DNA of 64,000 nucleotides, taken from assembly GCA_963727615.1 (NCBI GenBank), contig CAVSHD010000008.1, positions 22,250-86,249 on the forward strand, written 5' to 3'. The notes under the pieces are model-generated. The model saw only the letters and a program-made list of their open reading frames with translations, made no database searches and was not told the DNA's origin. Positions 62,916 to 64,000 of this stretch are shown one piece after another. Within the stretch, counting starts at the first letter, position 1. Every line of letters starts with the position of its first letter. The stretch is from an uncultured Solirubrobacterales bacterium. GTDB taxonomy: Bacteria > Actinomycetota > Thermoleophilia > Solirubrobacterales > 70-9. The position numbers and the translations under genes are program-made.

Positions 62916-63169
62916 GGAGTCTCCTTGACGTCGGTGGGTTGAGTTGTGCGGCTGTACTTCGGACCCGGCGAGGAGACCTCGAGCGAGTATTCGGCGAGTA
63001 GGTGATTGAGGTGCTTGGTGACGCGTTCGCAGAGGGCGAGATCGACGCCGCCCGGGTGGTCGATGAAGATCCGCAGCGCCTCGGAGCCGGGGCGCTCGAC
63101 GGCCACGACGTCGAGGTCCGAGTCGAGCTCGGACAGCTGCTGTTGGATGTCCACTTGGAGGTCTCTCAT
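62912..63169 (-). CDS. rimP: Ribosome maturation factor RimP, N-terminal domain only (85 aa)
   Basis: ...LRIFIDHPGGVDLALCERVTKHLNHLLAEYSLEVSSPG, then 16 residues and a stop overlapping the nusA GTG (GTGA). Confidence 0.7.
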   Translation of the reverse strand: MRDLQVDIQQQLSELDSDLDVVAVERPGSEALRIFIDHPGGVDLALCERVTKHLNHLLAEYSLEVSSPGPKYSRTTQPTDVKETP

Positions 63170-63183
63170 ATGGGTTCCGGGCG

Positions 63184-63208
63184 AAAAAAAAGTGGGCCAG
63201 GCCCACTT
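63184..63208 (-). terminator. Candidate intrinsic terminator downstream of coaBC
   Basis: The minus strand reads AGTGGGCCTGGCCCACT followed by T8 (A8 on the + strand at 63184-63191). Confidence 0.6.
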
Positions 63209-63239
63209 CTCGATGCTGCAGGGTCGAAAAAGCTTGAGC

Positions 63240-64000
63240 TCAGTATAGCCCGCTCGTGCGTGCTCTCAGGGAGTCGACCCTGTCGAGGATCGCGTCGGCG
63301 ATCGAGCCCTTCGACGCCTGCGGGACGGCGGTCTCGCCCGCCGCGTCGATCAGGGTCACGGCGTTCTCCTCGCTCTCGAACCCGATCGACGGGTCGGAGA
63401 CGTCGTTGAGGACGATCAGGTCGGCGCCCTTTCGCTCGCGCTTGGCCCGGGCGCGCTCGACGCCGCCCTCGCCGTGCTCGGCGGCGAAGCCGACGATCGT
63501 CTGCTCCTCGCGCCGTCTCTCCGCAAGGGCGGCGAGGATGTCCTCGGTCGGCTCCAGGCGAAGCTCCAGCGAGCCACCACGACTGAGCTTGCCGGAGGAG
63601 ACCTCGGCGGCGCGGAAGTCGGCCGGCGCCGCCGCCATCACGAGGACGTGCGCGGCCGGGAACTCCTCCCCCGCCGCCGCTGCGAGCTGGGCCGCTGTCT
63701 CGACGTCGATGCGGCGAACCCCGGGGGGCTCGGGAAGGGCGACGTTGGCGGCGACCAGGGTGACCTCGGCGCCGCGACGGGCGGCCGCCGCGGCCAGCGC
63801 GATGCCCATGCGGCCGCTCGAGCGGTTGCCCAGGAAGCGGACCTGGTCGACCGGCTCACGCGTGCCGCCGGCGGTGACCAGGACGCGCAGCCCGTCCCAG
63901 GGCCGCTCGCCGGCCGGCAGCGTGGACTCGACCCGCGCCAGCAGGCGGGCGGGGTCGGGCAGGCGGCCGCGGCCGTGCTCGCCGCGCGAGGCCAGCCTCC
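63240..64000 (-). CDS. coaBC: Bifunctional phosphopantothenoylcysteine decarboxylase / phosphopantothenate-cysteine ligase; the C-terminal (CoaB) part is in the window
   Basis: ...FLGNRSSGRMGIALAAAAARRGAEVTLV...ADLIVLNDV. The frame is open to the window end. Confidence 0.85.
   Translation of the reverse strand, partial: RLASRGEHGRGRLPDPARLLARVESTLPAGERPWDGLRVLVTAGGTREPVDQVRFLGNRSSGRMGIALAAAAARRGAEVTLVAANVALPEPPGVRRIDVETAAQLAAAAGEEFPAAHVLVMAAAPADFRAAEVSSGKLSRGGSLELRLEPTEDILAALAERRREEQTIVGFAAEHGEGGVERARAKRERKGADLIVLNDVSDPSIGFESEENAVTLIDAAGETAVPQASKGSIADAILDRVDSLRARTSGLY

Overview
Very GC-rich DNA (about 70% or more by eye, not computed). There are no rRNA or tRNA genes, CRISPR arrays, transposases or integrases. 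Gene content and order indicate a core chromosomal region of an actinobacterium. The Thermoleophilia / Solirubrobacterales-like placement is inference only.

The conserved housekeeping blocks are:
- (-) coaBC | rimP-nusA-infB-rbfA-nrnA-truB-ribF-rpsO-(peroxiredoxin, DsbA-like)-pnp-M16 peptidase-dapB-dapA-rnj
- (+) OmpR-type response regulator and histidine kinase
- (-) ftsK-rodZ-like-cinA-thpR-recA-cupredoxin-miaB-miaA-P450-dapF-dapL
- (-) hflX and dut
- (+) dagK-murT-methyltransferase-gatD
- VKOR/DsbA, CcdA, dinB and nadE

The only clearly accessory block is 9.3-20.8 kb. It is a tightly packed co-directional run: a FUSC-like membrane protein, three tandem paralogous secreted beta-helix (choice-of-anchor-Q-like) proteins, an SCP-x-type thiolase, an SDR, a secreted PPC/Ig-like protein and a methyltransferase.

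Most interesting observations:
1. A C-terminal beta-module plus polybasic tail is shared by four secreted proteins.
2. A SAM methyltransferase is translationally coupled between murT and gatD.
3. A c-di-AMP (ydaO-class) riboswitch lies ahead of an RlpA-like gene.
4. A 19-bp perfect nested inverted repeat sits between miaB and miaA.
5. NusA is extended by a CCCH motif and an acidic tail, next to a truncated RimP.
6. Single-base frameshifts in essential genes cluster at about 25.9-33.1, 45.6-50.3 and 56.6-60.5 kb. This looks like assembly error rather than biology.

Many long ORFs in the track are antisense or off-frame artefacts of the high GC content. All start coordinates and all frameshift positions are approximate and read by eye.
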